A stretch of DNA of 64,000 bases from Pelagomonas calceolata. Its lineage: Eukaryota. The stretch is taken from contig CAKKNE010000004.1 of assembly GCA_918797485.1 (NCBI GenBank), positions 2,170,001-2,234,000 on the forward strand, in the 5' to 3' direction. Under the pieces are notes generated by a model. That model was not told the origin of the DNA. It did not search any database and saw nothing but the letters and a program-made list of their open reading frames with translations. A program made the translations under genes and the position numbers. Shown piece by piece: positions 12,191 to 22,887 of this stretch (its first letter is position 1; each line of letters starts with the position of its first letter).

Positions 12191-12525
12191 GCTGCCTTTG
12201 CTTCGGAGGCAGCCCCCTCAGCGCTGCCGCACACTGTGCAAAAAGCGCTGCTTGCTAGTGTCTTAGCTTCGCTAGCTCTCGCAGGTCGGCTAGCGTGCGG
12301 GGTGCGTAAGCAGCGGGAGGGAGGGCGCAAAGCGTAAGCTCCTGCGCGAGGCGTCTAGCGCGTCCCGGGTCGTTCAGATTTGCGTCTGGGCCCGGGCCGT
12401 TGGCGTCCAGCAAACGCGGGCGTACGGCACGCGTTTGGCTTCGCCCTGGTGGTGCTTGCCTGCAGCCTCTCTGCGGCGGGCTTGCCATCCCTGCGGGCCT
12501 CGCCAGCGCGGGCGGAGGAGAAGCG

Positions 12526-12978
12526 ATGCGCCGCCGTCACGCCTGCGCGGCCGCGCTGGCGCTCTGCCTGAGCTACTCTGAAGCCGTCGACTGCGTCGCC
12601 GCGGGCTTCGCGCCGTCGCTGCGCTGCGGCTCCTGCGCGACGTTGGAAGCGCTCGTGCCCGACGAGGACATTGTGAAAGACTGCCGGTCCTGCTGCGCCG
12701 ACGACGACAAAGTCACGTACGTCAAGGCGCGGCTCGAGGTCTGCGAATGAAAGCTCAAGCACTACCCCGTCGTCGCGGGCTTCGTCGAGAACAAGGCGGC
12801 CGCCTACGACAAGCTCGAGGTCGTCTACCGCCAGGGCCAGAAGCCGCGGCTCGTGCTGGTCGACGAGGAGGGCGACGTCGGCGAGACTCTACCGATTGGG
12901 GGCTGGACGGAGGACACGATCGTCGAGTACCTCGCGGACACGATCGGCGCGGCGGCGGCGGCGAAGGACGAGCTCTGA
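12526..12978 (+). CDS. SELENOF: Selenoprotein F (Sep15), 150 aa, Sec encoded by in-frame TGA at 12748-12750
   Basis: Signal peptide, Cys-rich domain (C..GF...L.C.SC...C..CC), ARLEVCE-TGA-KLKHYP (CxU motif), conserved PRLVLVD and WTEDTIVEYL after the TGA, C-terminal KDEL, downstream SECIS. Confidence 0.95.
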
Positions 12979-12986
12979 AGGAGCGG

Positions 12987-13056
12987 GGGGACCTTGATCC
13001 ATGACCGCGCGCGTCGGCCACCAAGGCGGACGCGCGCGCGACTCTCTCGGGTTTCC
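12987..13056 (+). promoter_or_regulatory. SECIS element in the 3' UTR of SELENOF
   Basis: ATGAC (13001-13005), perfect 10-bp helix CGCGCGCGTC/GACGCGCGCG, then CGAC (13039-13042), forming the G.A quartet; lower helix GGGGACCTTGA/TCGGGTTTCC. Confidence 0.85.
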
Positions 13057-13069
13057 TACGCCTTCTTTT

Positions 13070-13930
13070 TTAAGTTATGATTACTGTGCGTAGTCTATCA
13101 TTGAGCTCTATTTCAAAATCTGGCGCCGGCAAGTCGGCGAGAACTCTGTCAACAATTTGCCGGTCAGTGGAGTCGAGCTCGAGGTCGTCCAAACTCCAAT
13201 CGAGCTGGTGTGTCAACACCATGCACAAATTATATTCTATCTCACGCTTTTGATCAGCGTCTTGCGTACGTGCGAGTAAAAGTAGGGGCGCTTGCACGGC
13301 AACTCGGAGTTCGCTGCGGTAGTCGCTATGTCCTAAGAAGTGATACAACCAGAGGGAGAGACACCACGCATGATGCAAGTCGACGACGAGAGCGTGTTCA
13401 CTCCCCAGGTCCCCCTCGGAATCGAGGCTTGCTTCGTTCAAAAGTAACAATGCGTCGTGAACATAAGATTGTTCGACCAGTACCTTACCGTATCGAAGGG
13501 CCGCGGCGTATGTCTTCTCGTCCCGGCCGTAAGCTACTTCTGTCTTGGCATAAATTTCACGTAGATTTTCGAGCTCGTCGTCGTATCGGCCGAGTGCGCG
13601 GTTGCAACTTGCCAGGCCATCGAGAAGATCGAGAATAAAGGACAAGTTGTCGTCACAGGCGGCCAACCCCGCCAAACACACCACACGTGCTTCCTCGTAC
13701 CTGGCATCATCGCGCAAAGCGGTAGCGAGCATACTCATCGCGCTCTTCTGAGCCCAGTCCACCGCTGGCCGGCCCAGGTACGTCTTCCAGGCCGCCCACC
13801 CGAGCGCGCACGCCACGACGCCGTGGTACTCTTGCTCGCACAGGCTACACGTGTCCCACCGCTTCCAGCTCTCATAAAACGCATCCCCCAAATCGGCCTC
13901 CGCGACCACAATCTTGGCCTTCTCCACCAC
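13070..13930 (-). pseudogene. Apparently 5'-truncated TPR/kinesin-light-chain-like repeat protein with Cys-rich motif CSLCEQEYHG
   Basis: 286-codon ORF opening on GTG; W.TCSLCEQEYHGVVACALGWAAWKTYLGRP followed by TPR-like helices; related to 56620..57279. Confidence 0.55.
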
Positions 13931-14270
13931 GGTTCATACTCCGGGCTACCTGGGAGCGGGGCTATTATTGTTCTTCTTCTGGTCTCGGCAGCCGGACGTG
14001 GACACTTATCTCGCAAGGACCGTGTTCGTCCTTGCCGGGCTCTTTGTGAGCGCGGCCATTATCTCCTACAATCGGCCCGTACGCCGACCCCTCCCGGTCA
14101 TGATCGGACCTCCTTTGGTTCCCCTACTATCCATGATCGGTGCAAATCGTTTCTGCCCTGCTTATGCTCGGAGTGTCGGGATCGTTTCTCTCGTTCTATT
14201 CATGGCGTGTTTCGTTGTGAATTGCATTTGCAACATGGTCCAAGCTTCGCGTGATCGGAAAATGAAATAA
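13914..14270 (+). other. Hydrophobic (about 4 TM) ORF, probable 3' gene fragment
   Basis: 118 codons with no ATG at the 5' end, several hydrophobic segments, overlaps the TPR fragment head-to-head. Confidence 0.35.
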
Positions 14271-14450
14271 GTATAATTTCAGACTTAATAACCAGCACGC
14301 GGACCCGCCCACCCGGCGCCGCCGAGGCGCGTCGACAACGCACACTAGTCATAGTCCACGCGTGACCCCCGACGCCATCGACGCGCCGTCAAACAACCAA
14401 CACTCTAGTCATAGTCATAGTTACGACGGGCGCCGGCCGACGCGCCCCAT

Positions 14451-15476
14451 TTAGTTGTACTTCGAGAGGATGAAGTCCACGTCGCGCGGCGACCCGAGGA
14501 TCACGGGGCACCGCTCGTGGACGTGCGTCGGCTCCAGATCCAACATGCGCTGCACGGACCCGTTGAACATGCCCGTCGACGCCTTGCCGCCGGCGCATTC
14601 CACGAGCAACGCCATGGGGAAGCCCTCGTATAAAACGCGGAGCTTGCCCTTCGGCGATTTGCTATCAGCGGGGTACACAAACACGCCACCATACAGGATC
14701 GTGCGGTGCACGTCAGAGACCATGGAACCGACATACCGCAGCGCGTACTTCTTGGCCTTGAACTCGGTCACGGCGTCCTTGATGGGCTGGTCCCAGTACG
14801 GGAAGTTGCCCTCGTTGCACGAATAAATTTTCTTGCCGCCGCCACTGGGGAACGTCACGTTGGAATGCGTGTGCACGAATTCGCCGAGCGACGGGTCCAA
14901 GGCGAAGCGCTGGACCGACTGGCCCTTGAAGCACAGCACCAACTCCGTCGCGGCGCCGTACATGCAGTAGCCGGCCGCGACGATGTCTGAGCCGACTCGG
15001 AGGACGTCCGCCACACTGCCGAGTTTGCCGGGGGTCTTCTTCTCGTAGACGGCGAAGATCGTACCGGTCGACACGTTGCAGTCGATGTTCGACGACCCGT
15101 CCAACGGATCGAAGCAGACGCAGAAGCGACCCGCGTCCTTCTCGGGCACGATGATCGGCTCCTCGTTCTCCTCGCTCACCAAAACGCAGCACGAGCCGCT
15201 CTTCAGCAGAGCGTTGACGAAGATGTCGTTCGACAGGACGTCCAGCTTCTTCTGGTCGTCTCCGCTCGAGTTCTGGTCGCCGGCCATCCCAAAGAGATTG
15301 GCAATCCCCGCTTTCGCGCACGCTCTACTCGTGGCCTTGCAGGCCAGGGCCATCTGGCTCATGAGCACGGTCAACTCCTGGTCCTTGAGCGTCGTCATGA
15401 GGTACTCGGTCAGCGAGTGGAACTCGCTGTCGAGGTCGCCGCCGCTGCCGGGCGTCGTCTTCGAGAAGTTCGCCAT
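14451..15476 (-). CDS. FBP: Fructose-1,6-bisphosphatase class I, cytosolic
   Basis: QKKLDV, SEEN, FDPLDGSSNID, RYVGSMVSDVHR, GKLRVLYEG; likely start MANFS at 15476; no targeting peptide. Confidence 0.96.
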   Translation of the reverse strand: MANFSKTTPGSGGDLDSEFHSLTEYLMTTLKDQELTVLMSQMALACKATSRACAKAGIANLFGMAGDQNSSGDDQKKLDVLSNDIFVNALLKSGSCCVLVSEENEEPIIVPEKDAGRFCVCFDPLDGSSNIDCNVSTGTIFAVYEKKTPGKLGSVADVLRVGSDIVAAGYCMYGAATELVLCFKGQSVQRFALDPSLGEFVHTHSNVTFPSGGGKKIYSCNEGNFPYWDQPIKDAVTEFKAKKYALRYVGSMVSDVHRTILYGGVFVYPADSKSPKGKLRVLYEGFPMALLVECAGGKASTGMFNGSVQRMLDLEPTHVHERCPVILGSPRDVDFILSKYN

Positions 15477-16040
15477 GGCTGCCTGCGTGTTTTGTGTGTT
15501 ACGGCGCAGCGGCGTCGTGCGCTCTCGCGATGCTTTCGTGTTAATAGATGCGCCGCCGCGCGGCTGTCCGACGGATGCTGGGGCCAAAATTCGCTGTATG
15601 AACCCTAGGGACAGCCACGTTGCACGCGCAGCCGCCCGCGCGTTCCTGAAGTCATGGCGAATAGTGTCTGCAACGCTGGTCGTAACACTCTCGCGGGTCG
15701 CCGAGGAATCACGGTCTAAATCCTCCTCGACCGCGTGATGTCACAGAAAATGACAAGCTCGTAGGAACCATCCAACACGAGGTCGGACGGGTCCGAAGAG
15801 TCCTGCTTTGTTGCACGGGTGCGCACGCGGCGATTTGGCGCGGGGCTAGTATGTCGACGACGCTAGGTACGAGTTCGGCCGAATCGTTCAGGCAAGCCAA
15901 GCGTGGCCGTTTCATCAACGAAAACGCATAATTACCGTTCTCATACTACCGTGATAGCCGCAGATTTCTCTGCCACATCGCTTTGGCGCTGCATCACGGC
16001 ATTTGACGCTGCACCCGAAACCGTGCGCGCGACAAGCATC

Positions 16041-17087
16041 ATGAGCGGGGCGACGCAGCTTATCATGCCTCCGGTCTTCCCGCAGCATTTTTTCCCTCCG
16101 CAACAAGGCAGCATGATCGCCCCGCAGCCTATCATTCAGGCCGTGGGCCGCGGCGACGTCGAAGCGGTGCGGGCCTGGCTCGAGGCCGGCGGCGACGCGA
16201 GCGCGCTGAGCGAACGCGGCACGGCGTTGATTTGCTTCGCCGCCTGCACTAGCGGCGCTGCGATGGTCGAGCTGCTCCTGACCGCGGCGCGACCGGCGAA
16301 GGCCAGCTACGCCGACGACGAGGGCTGGACTGCTTTACACGCCGCTGCCGGGAGCCTCATCAAGGACCGGAGCGGGCCGGCCGCGGTGGCCCAACTCTGC
16401 GACCACGGCGCCGACGTGAACGCCCGCATGTTTACTTCGTTAGAGTACGACGAGGACGGCGAGCCTTATTATGATGAGCCGAACCCGCCGACGCCGCTGC
16501 TGTGCGCGGCGGACTACGGCCTCTCGTGCGAGATCGTCCGGGTGCTCCTCTCGCGCGGCGCAGACGTGACGGCTACGAGTGCGTCGGGCGACAGCGCCGA
16601 GGACTACGCGCGCGCGACGCTCGATCGGCCTGTCGTCGCGAGCATCGAGGACGCCGTCGCGGAGTACGACTACGACAGCGTGGCCCAGGCCATCCAGTAT
16701 TGGGACGACCTCGACGAGCCGTGGAGGCTTGAAGGCGAGGTCGAGCGCATCATCGAGCTGCTTTCCGGCGTCCGCACCGCCGGCTCCTGGAAGCGGTACG
16801 TGGCCGCGTGGCGGGTCGAGCTTCTCCTGCTGCAGCGGCTCTGCGCGGACGGCCGCGCCTACCCTGGTGAAGTCCGTCGCCGAGACTACCAGTGGCGCCC
16901 AGCGTCGATCGAGGACCTCGAAGCGACCAGCGGTTGTAAGGTGACGCCGGGGAAGAGGGACCAGGACGCGAGCAGCACTGAATGGCGGACTACCAAAGCG
17001 CTGATGGCGTGCCTCGTAGACCTGCCGCCGCCCCTCGTCGGCAAGGTGGCGAGCTACTGGCGCACCGCGCGTGACCCGCTTTACTGA
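16041..17087 (+). CDS. Ankyrin-repeat protein (paralog 1)
   Basis: GWTALHAAA, GADVNA, TPLLCAA, GADVTA; shares C-terminus with the next gene. Confidence 0.85.
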   Translation: MSGATQLIMPPVFPQHFFPPQQGSMIAPQPIIQAVGRGDVEAVRAWLEAGGDASALSERGTALICFAACTSGAAMVELLLTAARPAKASYADDEGWTALHAAAGSLIKDRSGPAAVAQLCDHGADVNARMFTSLEYDEDGEPYYDEPNPPTPLLCAADYGLSCEIVRVLLSRGADVTATSASGDSAEDYARATLDRPVVASIEDAVAEYDYDSVAQAIQYWDDLDEPWRLEGEVERIIELLSGVRTAGSWKRYVAAWRVELLLLQRLCADGRAYPGEVRRRDYQWRPASIEDLEATSGCKVTPGKRDQDASSTEWRTTKALMACLVDLPPPLVGKVASYWRTARDPLY

Positions 17088-17528
17088 GATGGTAAGTTTT
17101 TGTTCTGTGATAGCTAAGGCTTACACACCCACGTACACACCCTCCGTCCGCCGCGGTGGTGGTCCGCCTGCCTGAATGAACAGGTCTACTCCAGCCCCGC
17201 TATATATGTGATTCTGAGGCGATGGGCTCAAAAGCAGGCTTTTTGTGATCCCTGGGTGAGAGAACCGTGCTTGCTAGTGTCTTACTGCCGCTAGCTCTAG
17301 ACCAGAGCTTGGTCGATTTTGCACGCGGACGAGCGCGCTGTAATTTGTGTTTACGCTGTGTACGCGTCTCTCTGGTACTGGCAGCACACGCTTGTGTTCT
17401 CTGTCACAACTTGTGCAAGCCACAGAGCGCACTGTGGGCTCACAGAGGCTCGAGTGCTGCCACCACGCGCCACGCAGCCGCAGCGCACGCATCACTCTCG
17501 AGCGCAGCAAGGCCAGGCTATATTGGAC

Positions 17529-18761
17529 ATGTCCACCCCGAAGCGCATACTGGATCACGTACGCGATGGCGACGTCGCGCCGGTGCGGGATTGGCTCGCG
17601 ACGGCGACGTGCCAGGACGCTCTTGGTCTATTCTGGAACTTGTTAGGTAGCCGGCGCGCGGCGAACCTCAGATTCATATCGCTAGTGTTGGACAGCGGGA
17701 TGGTTACGCTCAGCTGGGCGGAGCACAAGGCCGTGCTCTATGCCGTCGGGCAGGCCGCCGGGTCCGACGTGCAGAAGGATATACGCCGCGCGGCCGAGGC
17801 GATCCTGGGCGCGCCGGAACGCTCTCTCGACACCAGGAAGGTGTTGATCAAAGAGTTGTGTGAAAAGGTGCTATCTCTTACTATCAGGGAACAAATCACC
17901 CGAGAGCAGGCGGTAGTCATCGCGGCTGCCGAGCTCGACTTCACCGACAAGAAGGGCGTGTACCTTGAAGCTAGTTATCTTGTAAGGGCCGCGACTTTCT
18001 CCAATGCCAGCGTGGTCCGCGAGCTTTGCTCCCGCGGCGCCAACCCAAACCACGTCAATGAGCACAACTGGACAGCACTCCACACGGCCGCGCAAGGGCG
18101 TCACGTCGACGTCGTACGCGCATTGCTTGATTGCGGCGGCGACCCGAACTTGCGCGTGGCTCCTGAGGATGAGTTTGATGAACGTCTGAACCCACCGACG
18201 CCTCTGATGTGCGCCGCCGCCAGTACGCACTCCGCCGAGGTGGTTCGAGTGTTGCTGAGTCGCGGTGCCGACTTCACTGCGACGAATGCAACCAACCGCG
18301 ACGCCCAAGCTTACGCGCTCAAGGCTCTGAGCCGACCCACCCGAGATGAATTTCCTGACGACGAGGATCGCGGTGAGTGGGAACTGCAAGACTGGCGCCT
18401 CGCCGGCGAAGCAGAACGTATTTTCGAGCTGCTCGCCGATGTTCGCACCGCCGGCTCCTGGAAACGCTACGTGGGCGCGTGGCGGGTCCAGCTACTTCTG
18501 CTGCAGAAGCTCTGCTCGACCGGCCGCGCCTCGCCTGTGACTGCACTCGGCCCCGACCACGCCAGAGGCCCAGCGTCGGTCGAGGCGCTCGAAGCGACAA
18601 GCGGTTGTAAGGTGACGCGGCCCCGGAAACGCGCGCCACCGACGGACGCCACCGAAGAAGGGCCCACCGACGCGCTCATGGCGCGACTCGTCGCCCTGCC
18701 GCCGCCGATGGTCGGAAAGGTCGCGAGCTACTGGCGCACGGCGCGGGATCCGCTCTACTGA
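17529..18761 (+). CDS. Ankyrin-repeat protein (paralog 2, tandem duplicate)
   Basis: NWTALHTAA, TPLMCAA; near-identical end LPPP(L/M)VGKVASYWRTARDPLY. Confidence 0.85.
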   Translation: MSTPKRILDHVRDGDVAPVRDWLATATCQDALGLFWNLLGSRRAANLRFISLVLDSGMVTLSWAEHKAVLYAVGQAAGSDVQKDIRRAAEAILGAPERSLDTRKVLIKELCEKVLSLTIREQITREQAVVIAAAELDFTDKKGVYLEASYLVRAATFSNASVVRELCSRGANPNHVNEHNWTALHTAAQGRHVDVVRALLDCGGDPNLRVAPEDEFDERLNPPTPLMCAAASTHSAEVVRVLLSRGADFTATNATNRDAQAYALKALSRPTRDEFPDDEDRGEWELQDWRLAGEAERIFELLADVRTAGSWKRYVGAWRVQLLLLQKLCSTGRASPVTALGPDHARGPASVEALEATSGCKVTRPRKRAPPTDATEEGPTDALMARLVALPPPMVGKVASYWRTARDPLY

Positions 18762-18791
18762 ATGTATTATGTGTAAAACATGTCAACAACA

Positions 18792-20495
18792 TTACCAATC
18801 TAAAGCCCTCGCCTCATCGCCCTCAAGCACACACAACAGCTCGCTCTCCGCGTCGGGCCGCCGCCAGAGCCCGTCCGCCCGCGCCCGGCCCCACGGGTAG
18901 GCGTATAGCGCGGCGGGCGCCTCGGCGACGTGGGGCAGCCAGTCGATTATATCCGCTCGGCGGCCCGCGCCGGCGCGCGCGTCTGCGATCGCGAGAGCCG
19001 CGTAAGTAGAGACGTCGCAACCGTAGGCGCCGTGGAGTGCGAGATCGAACACGGCCCCGCGCAACGCGGCGACGGCCTCCATACCGCGCGTGTTGCGCCG
19101 GCGCCGGGGCGCCAGCACTTCTAGCGCCGTCGCCGGCAGTTCCGCCGCGTCCGTGGAACCGCGCGTCCCAGCCAGGTGCTGACTCGTCGACCGGTGGATG
19201 GCGCCGTGCAGGGCGTGGCCCCACTCGTGCGCCAGGGCGCGCGCGTCGGGGCTCGACGAGACGATCGCCCCGACGGCCGGCAGCCGTGAGGGCGTGAGTA
19301 ATCCCCACGTCTCCGCCGGCGCGTCCGCGCCGCTCCCGTCGACGTCGCACGCGCAGGCCACGGTGTAGTGCGCGCAACCGGTGGGCTTTCCCGGCCGCGG
19401 CTCCAAGTCGAGGTAGATCGTCGCCCGCGTCCCGCGACCGGCAACCACAAGCTTCCGCACGCCCGGCGCCCAGGCCTCGTCGGCGCCGCACGGGACCTCG
19501 TCGACCGTGAAACCAGGCGGCGCGACGCAGATCGCGGTGACTACGTCGCCATCGTCGGTCGGCTGCCTTTCTCGGAGTCGGTGCGCCGCGGCCAGCCGGT
19601 CCGAAGGCTCGAGCCGCTCCAAGCCCAACAGCGCCGCGCCTCGTCGCTCCTCGAAGGCCGCGCGGCGTTTTGCTGTGGTCAAAGCGGCGTAGACGAACGC
19701 CTTGGCCGCGTCGACGCCGCCAATCAACGAACCCTCGAGGGCTGAGTGGGCGGTCACGACGCCCCGGCGCGCCGACGCCAGAACGTCGAGCGCGTCGAAG
19801 CTCAGCGCCGCCTCGTGGTGGTCGAAGACGATCTTTCGAGCAGTAGCGTCATGCGAGACGGTCAGGAAGGCGGAGACGGCCGAGCACGTCGAAAAGAGGT
19901 CGACGCTGTCGCCATTATGGGAGGCGCAGCCCGGCGCCGCAGCGTCGACGGCGGCCGCGACGCGCTCGGCCCCGACGCACGGCACGCGTATCCAAGAGGC
20001 GCTCTCGTCGAAGTCCGTCGCGAACAAAAGCTGGACGGCCTGGCGCTCCGTGGCTCTCGCCGGAGCGACGCCCGCGTCGCGCGAGAACTCGGAATGGAAG
20101 GCGTCCGCCAGTCGCCGCGCCGAAGGCGGCAGATCGTTGCCAGCGGCGCATGCGGCCGCGGCCAACGCCAGCGCGGCGCTGGCGTTGAGCTCCTCCATCA
20201 CGCCCTCGACCCTCGCTGCTGCGCCTGACGCGGCCGCGCGCCAGTCGGCGCAGTCGTGCGCCGCCACGCACAACGCCGCCGGGTCCAGCACACTACACAG
20301 CGCCACCGACACGGCGTCGAGCCGTCGCAGCGTGAGCAGCGGGTCCCGGTTCTTGCCATTGATGGCGTCGGCGTGCGTCCGTGCTGTGGCGATCGCTTGC
20401 GTCGCCGCGGCGTCCCAGTCGCTCGGCGTTTTGATCTGTGTGCCGGCGAAGCCGAAGTTACGACGAGCTAGGCGTGTTACCGCACGGCGCATCAT
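18792..20495 (-). CDS. Peptidase M3 family, mitochondrial intermediate peptidase-like (divergent)
   Basis: Arg-rich presequence, LD.VS..LC.VLD.A, IYLDL..RPGK, CAHYTV, zinc motif HEWGHALH, GTR..D..ELP. Confidence 0.8.
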   Translation of the reverse strand: MMRRAVTRLARRNFGFAGTQIKTPSDWDAAATQAIATARTHADAINGKNRDPLLTLRRLDAVSVALCSVLDPAALCVAAHDCADWRAAASGAAARVEGVMEELNASAALALAAAACAAGNDLPPSARRLADAFHSEFSRDAGVAPARATERQAVQLLFATDFDESASWIRVPCVGAERVAAAVDAAAPGCASHNGDSVDLFSTCSAVSAFLTVSHDATARKIVFDHHEAALSFDALDVLASARRGVVTAHSALEGSLIGGVDAAKAFVYAALTTAKRRAAFEERRGAALLGLERLEPSDRLAAAHRLRERQPTDDGDVVTAICVAPPGFTVDEVPCGADEAWAPGVRKLVVAGRGTRATIYLDLEPRPGKPTGCAHYTVACACDVDGSGADAPAETWGLLTPSRLPAVGAIVSSSPDARALAHEWGHALHGAIHRSTSQHLAGTRGSTDAAELPATALEVLAPRRRRNTRGMEAVAALRGAVFDLALHGAYGCDVSTYAALAIADARAGAGRRADIIDWLPHVAEAPAALYAYPWGRARADGLWRRPDAESELLCVLEGDEARALDW

Positions 20496-20718
20496 ACGGC
20501 GTCTAGGCTGCCGAACGCATCAGAATTCCGAGTCACGAGGATGGCCGCATGGTGGAGGTATCATACCGACACCTCGCAGTTGTGCGAGGCTGGCTGTGCA
20601 GCTGAAAACTGCCCCAAAAGCAGAGAGAGCTTGCTTGCTTGCTAGTGTCTTACAAGCCGCTAGCGCGGTTTACTCTGGATCGAATTATGCCCCGCCTCCC
20701 CAACGACGGCGACGTCGT

Positions 20719-22323
20719 CTAGTCCAGCGACACCATCTTCTCCGGCTCCTTCGTCACGGCCGGCGCCGGCGGCGGCACGACGACCGGCGCCGGCGCCGGC
20801 GGCGCGGCCTGGGGAATGATCGGCGACGGGGTAGGCGACGCCACGGGCGCGGCCGGTGCTTCAGGTGCTTCATATGACGACCCCGGCTCCTCCTCCGGTA
20901 ACTCCCTAAAAGTACAAATAAAGAGGCACGTGCAGCAGTAGCAGAGGCACAGACATATGAGTAAGGGAATGAAGATAATAATCGCGTGGAAAGAAGAGTA
21001 ATCCTGCGCCTTGACCGCGACCAAGATCGCGACGACAAAAACGCAGACAAACGAGCAGCACGCGGCCGTCCCCGCCGCCGACGCCTCCTGCGCGGCCTGG
21101 GCCTTGACCCGATCTTCCGGCGTCATCCAGGAGTTATCGGTGGCGCCCTCCGGGGGCGGCGTGATCGTGGCTTGGATCGTGTTCGACAAGGCGCAGTAGC
21201 CGCATCCTCCCAACAGCTGCGACCCGCAGTAGACCCAGATGGGAATGAAGACCTCGTACCAGCTCATCTGGGCGCCCATCAGCTTTACGACTATGAGGAT
21301 CTCCTGTAATACTCTGAAGAGTAGTCCAAAGATGGCCCTCCGGTGCATCGACCGGATCGCTCTATTTTGTGCCGCCCGCATCATCTGCACTTCTCGCTCG
21401 AAGTTGGCCTCATCAGAGGTATCGGACGTGTCCCCCAGGTCGATGGGCGGGATCGACGTGCACGCTCCCGGGATGAGGACGCACAGCCTCAACGCTTCGG
21501 ACAAGAATAGAGGAGCGAAGACGCCGCCCCAGTTGTCCCGGTCCTCGGACGGCGTCGAGATCATCCACACCAGTAAGATCTGGAAGATGACGAGGAGTAG
21601 GAACACAACCAAGTGGAAGATCCGCGCGGAAACCGGGATGTCGTCACCATGAGCATCATCATCGTCAAAATCTTCATCCGTAGGGTTCTCGGGATCTGAA
21701 GGCGCGCCGCCTTCCTCCTCACCAGAACATCCTTCCCCAACGAAGGCCAGGTGGTTCAACAGTACGAACGCGTCGATAACCCAGACAGGTAAAAAGACCC
21801 AGCCCCACGGTATATCCGTGGTGTTCTGCACATTTGTTGATAGTAACACGGGAAAGTACAGCCCGAAGAAGCCCACAAAGGCCAGAGCAATGAGTAGAAT
21901 AGAACATCTCGTCGTCTCACTCATATGAGACATGGTGCGCATGACCTTGTTCTGATCTACACTCGTCGGGTTTTCTGTCAATTGCACGCCTAGTTCCCCT
22001 AGGGCATCGTAGACCTTCCTTCGCTTCGGATCAGATAAAACCTCATACGCTTCTTTGGCGCGGATGAACCGCTCCCGGTCCTCCTGCGTGACCGGAATGC
22101 CTCTCTGCCTACGTTTATCAGGATGCATTTCCAGCGAAATCTTGCGGTAGGCCTTCTTTATTTCCGTCTGCGAGCACCTCCGGTCCACACCTAATAACTC
22201 ATAATATTGGTTGTCCCGTTCCGGGTTCAATATCGGTCCGAGGCAACACAACGCTAATCGAGAGGGCGGCGCCGGGTCCACGGCCGCGCTGCTGTGGGCG
22301 CGGTGGAGCTTGGGGCGGCTCAT
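20719..22323 (-). CDS. DnaJ-domain multi-pass membrane protein
   Basis: J domain YYELLGV..IKKAYRK..HPDK..AYEVLSD; multiple TM segments with W..VF.P.W repeats (TMEM185-like). Confidence 0.88.
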   Translation of the reverse strand: MSRPKLHRAHSSAAVDPAPPSRLALCCLGPILNPERDNQYYELLGVDRRCSQTEIKKAYRKISLEMHPDKRRQRGIPVTQEDRERFIRAKEAYEVLSDPKRRKVYDALGELGVQLTENPTSVDQNKVMRTMSHMSETTRCSILLIALAFVGFFGLYFPVLLSTNVQNTTDIPWGWVFLPVWVIDAFVLLNHLAFVGEGCSGEEEGGAPSDPENPTDEDFDDDDAHGDDIPVSARIFHLVVFLLLVIFQILLVWMISTPSEDRDNWGGVFAPLFLSEALRLCVLIPGACTSIPPIDLGDTSDTSDEANFEREVQMMRAAQNRAIRSMHRRAIFGLLFRVLQEILIVVKLMGAQMSWYEVFIPIWVYCGSQLLGGCGYCALSNTIQATITPPPEGATDNSWMTPEDRVKAQAAQEASAAGTAACCSFVCVFVVAILVAVKAQDYSSFHAIIIFIPLLICLCLCYCCTCLFICTFRELPEEEPGSSYEAPEAPAAPVASPTPSPIIPQAAPPAPAPVVVPPPAPAVTKEPEKMVSLD

Positions 22324-22683
22324 GGCCGGTCCTTGGTTTCAGCTTTTTTTGTTCGGCGCGGCGCGACGGCGTGGTGCGCTGGCGGCCTTTCCTTGGTTTC
22401 AGGCTTTTTCTGCGCCGCGGGGCGACGGCGTGGTGCGCTGGCGCTTTCTAGCGCTTTGCGGAGTACTTGTGGACTGCGCGCACGTGTCTATGCGATTTCG
22501 CGGGCACAAATGGGCTCGATATCCAGCGCCGACGCGTGATCTGCGAGAGTTATTATCGAGCCGCCATCTAGCGACTAGGACACTAGACGGATAAACGCAC
22601 AGCATCGATGGCGTGCTGCCCGGGAAAACGAACTTTCCGAGGTGAGACTGGGGACGAGTTTTAGTGAGGGGGAGGCGCGGCGT

Positions 22684-22887
22684 CTATTCGGCCGGCAGCT
22701 GGACCTGGATCTTCGCGCCGGAGCCGTCCATCTCGGCGGTCGGCTCGATCGGCTTCTTCTTGCGGCCGTCCGGGCGGTTCGGGTACGCGTCCATGTCGTC
22801 GCCGTGGTGGGCCAACATGCCGTGCATGGAATAGTCGAGGCCCGTCTTGACCGCCTCGCGGTCGGGGACGACGTCCGTCACGGCCAT
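22684..22887 (-). pseudogene. Orphan 3' gene fragment resembling an ammonium transporter (AMT) C-terminus
   Basis: GC3-rich codons; DREAVKTGLDYSMHG resembles the AMT tail motif E..GLD.S.HG; no upstream TM domain. Confidence 0.35.

Noticed and set aside
12748..12750. TGA as a true stop or pseudogenising mutation
   Set aside because: It falls exactly at the CxU position, downstream sequence stays family-like, and a SECIS follows.
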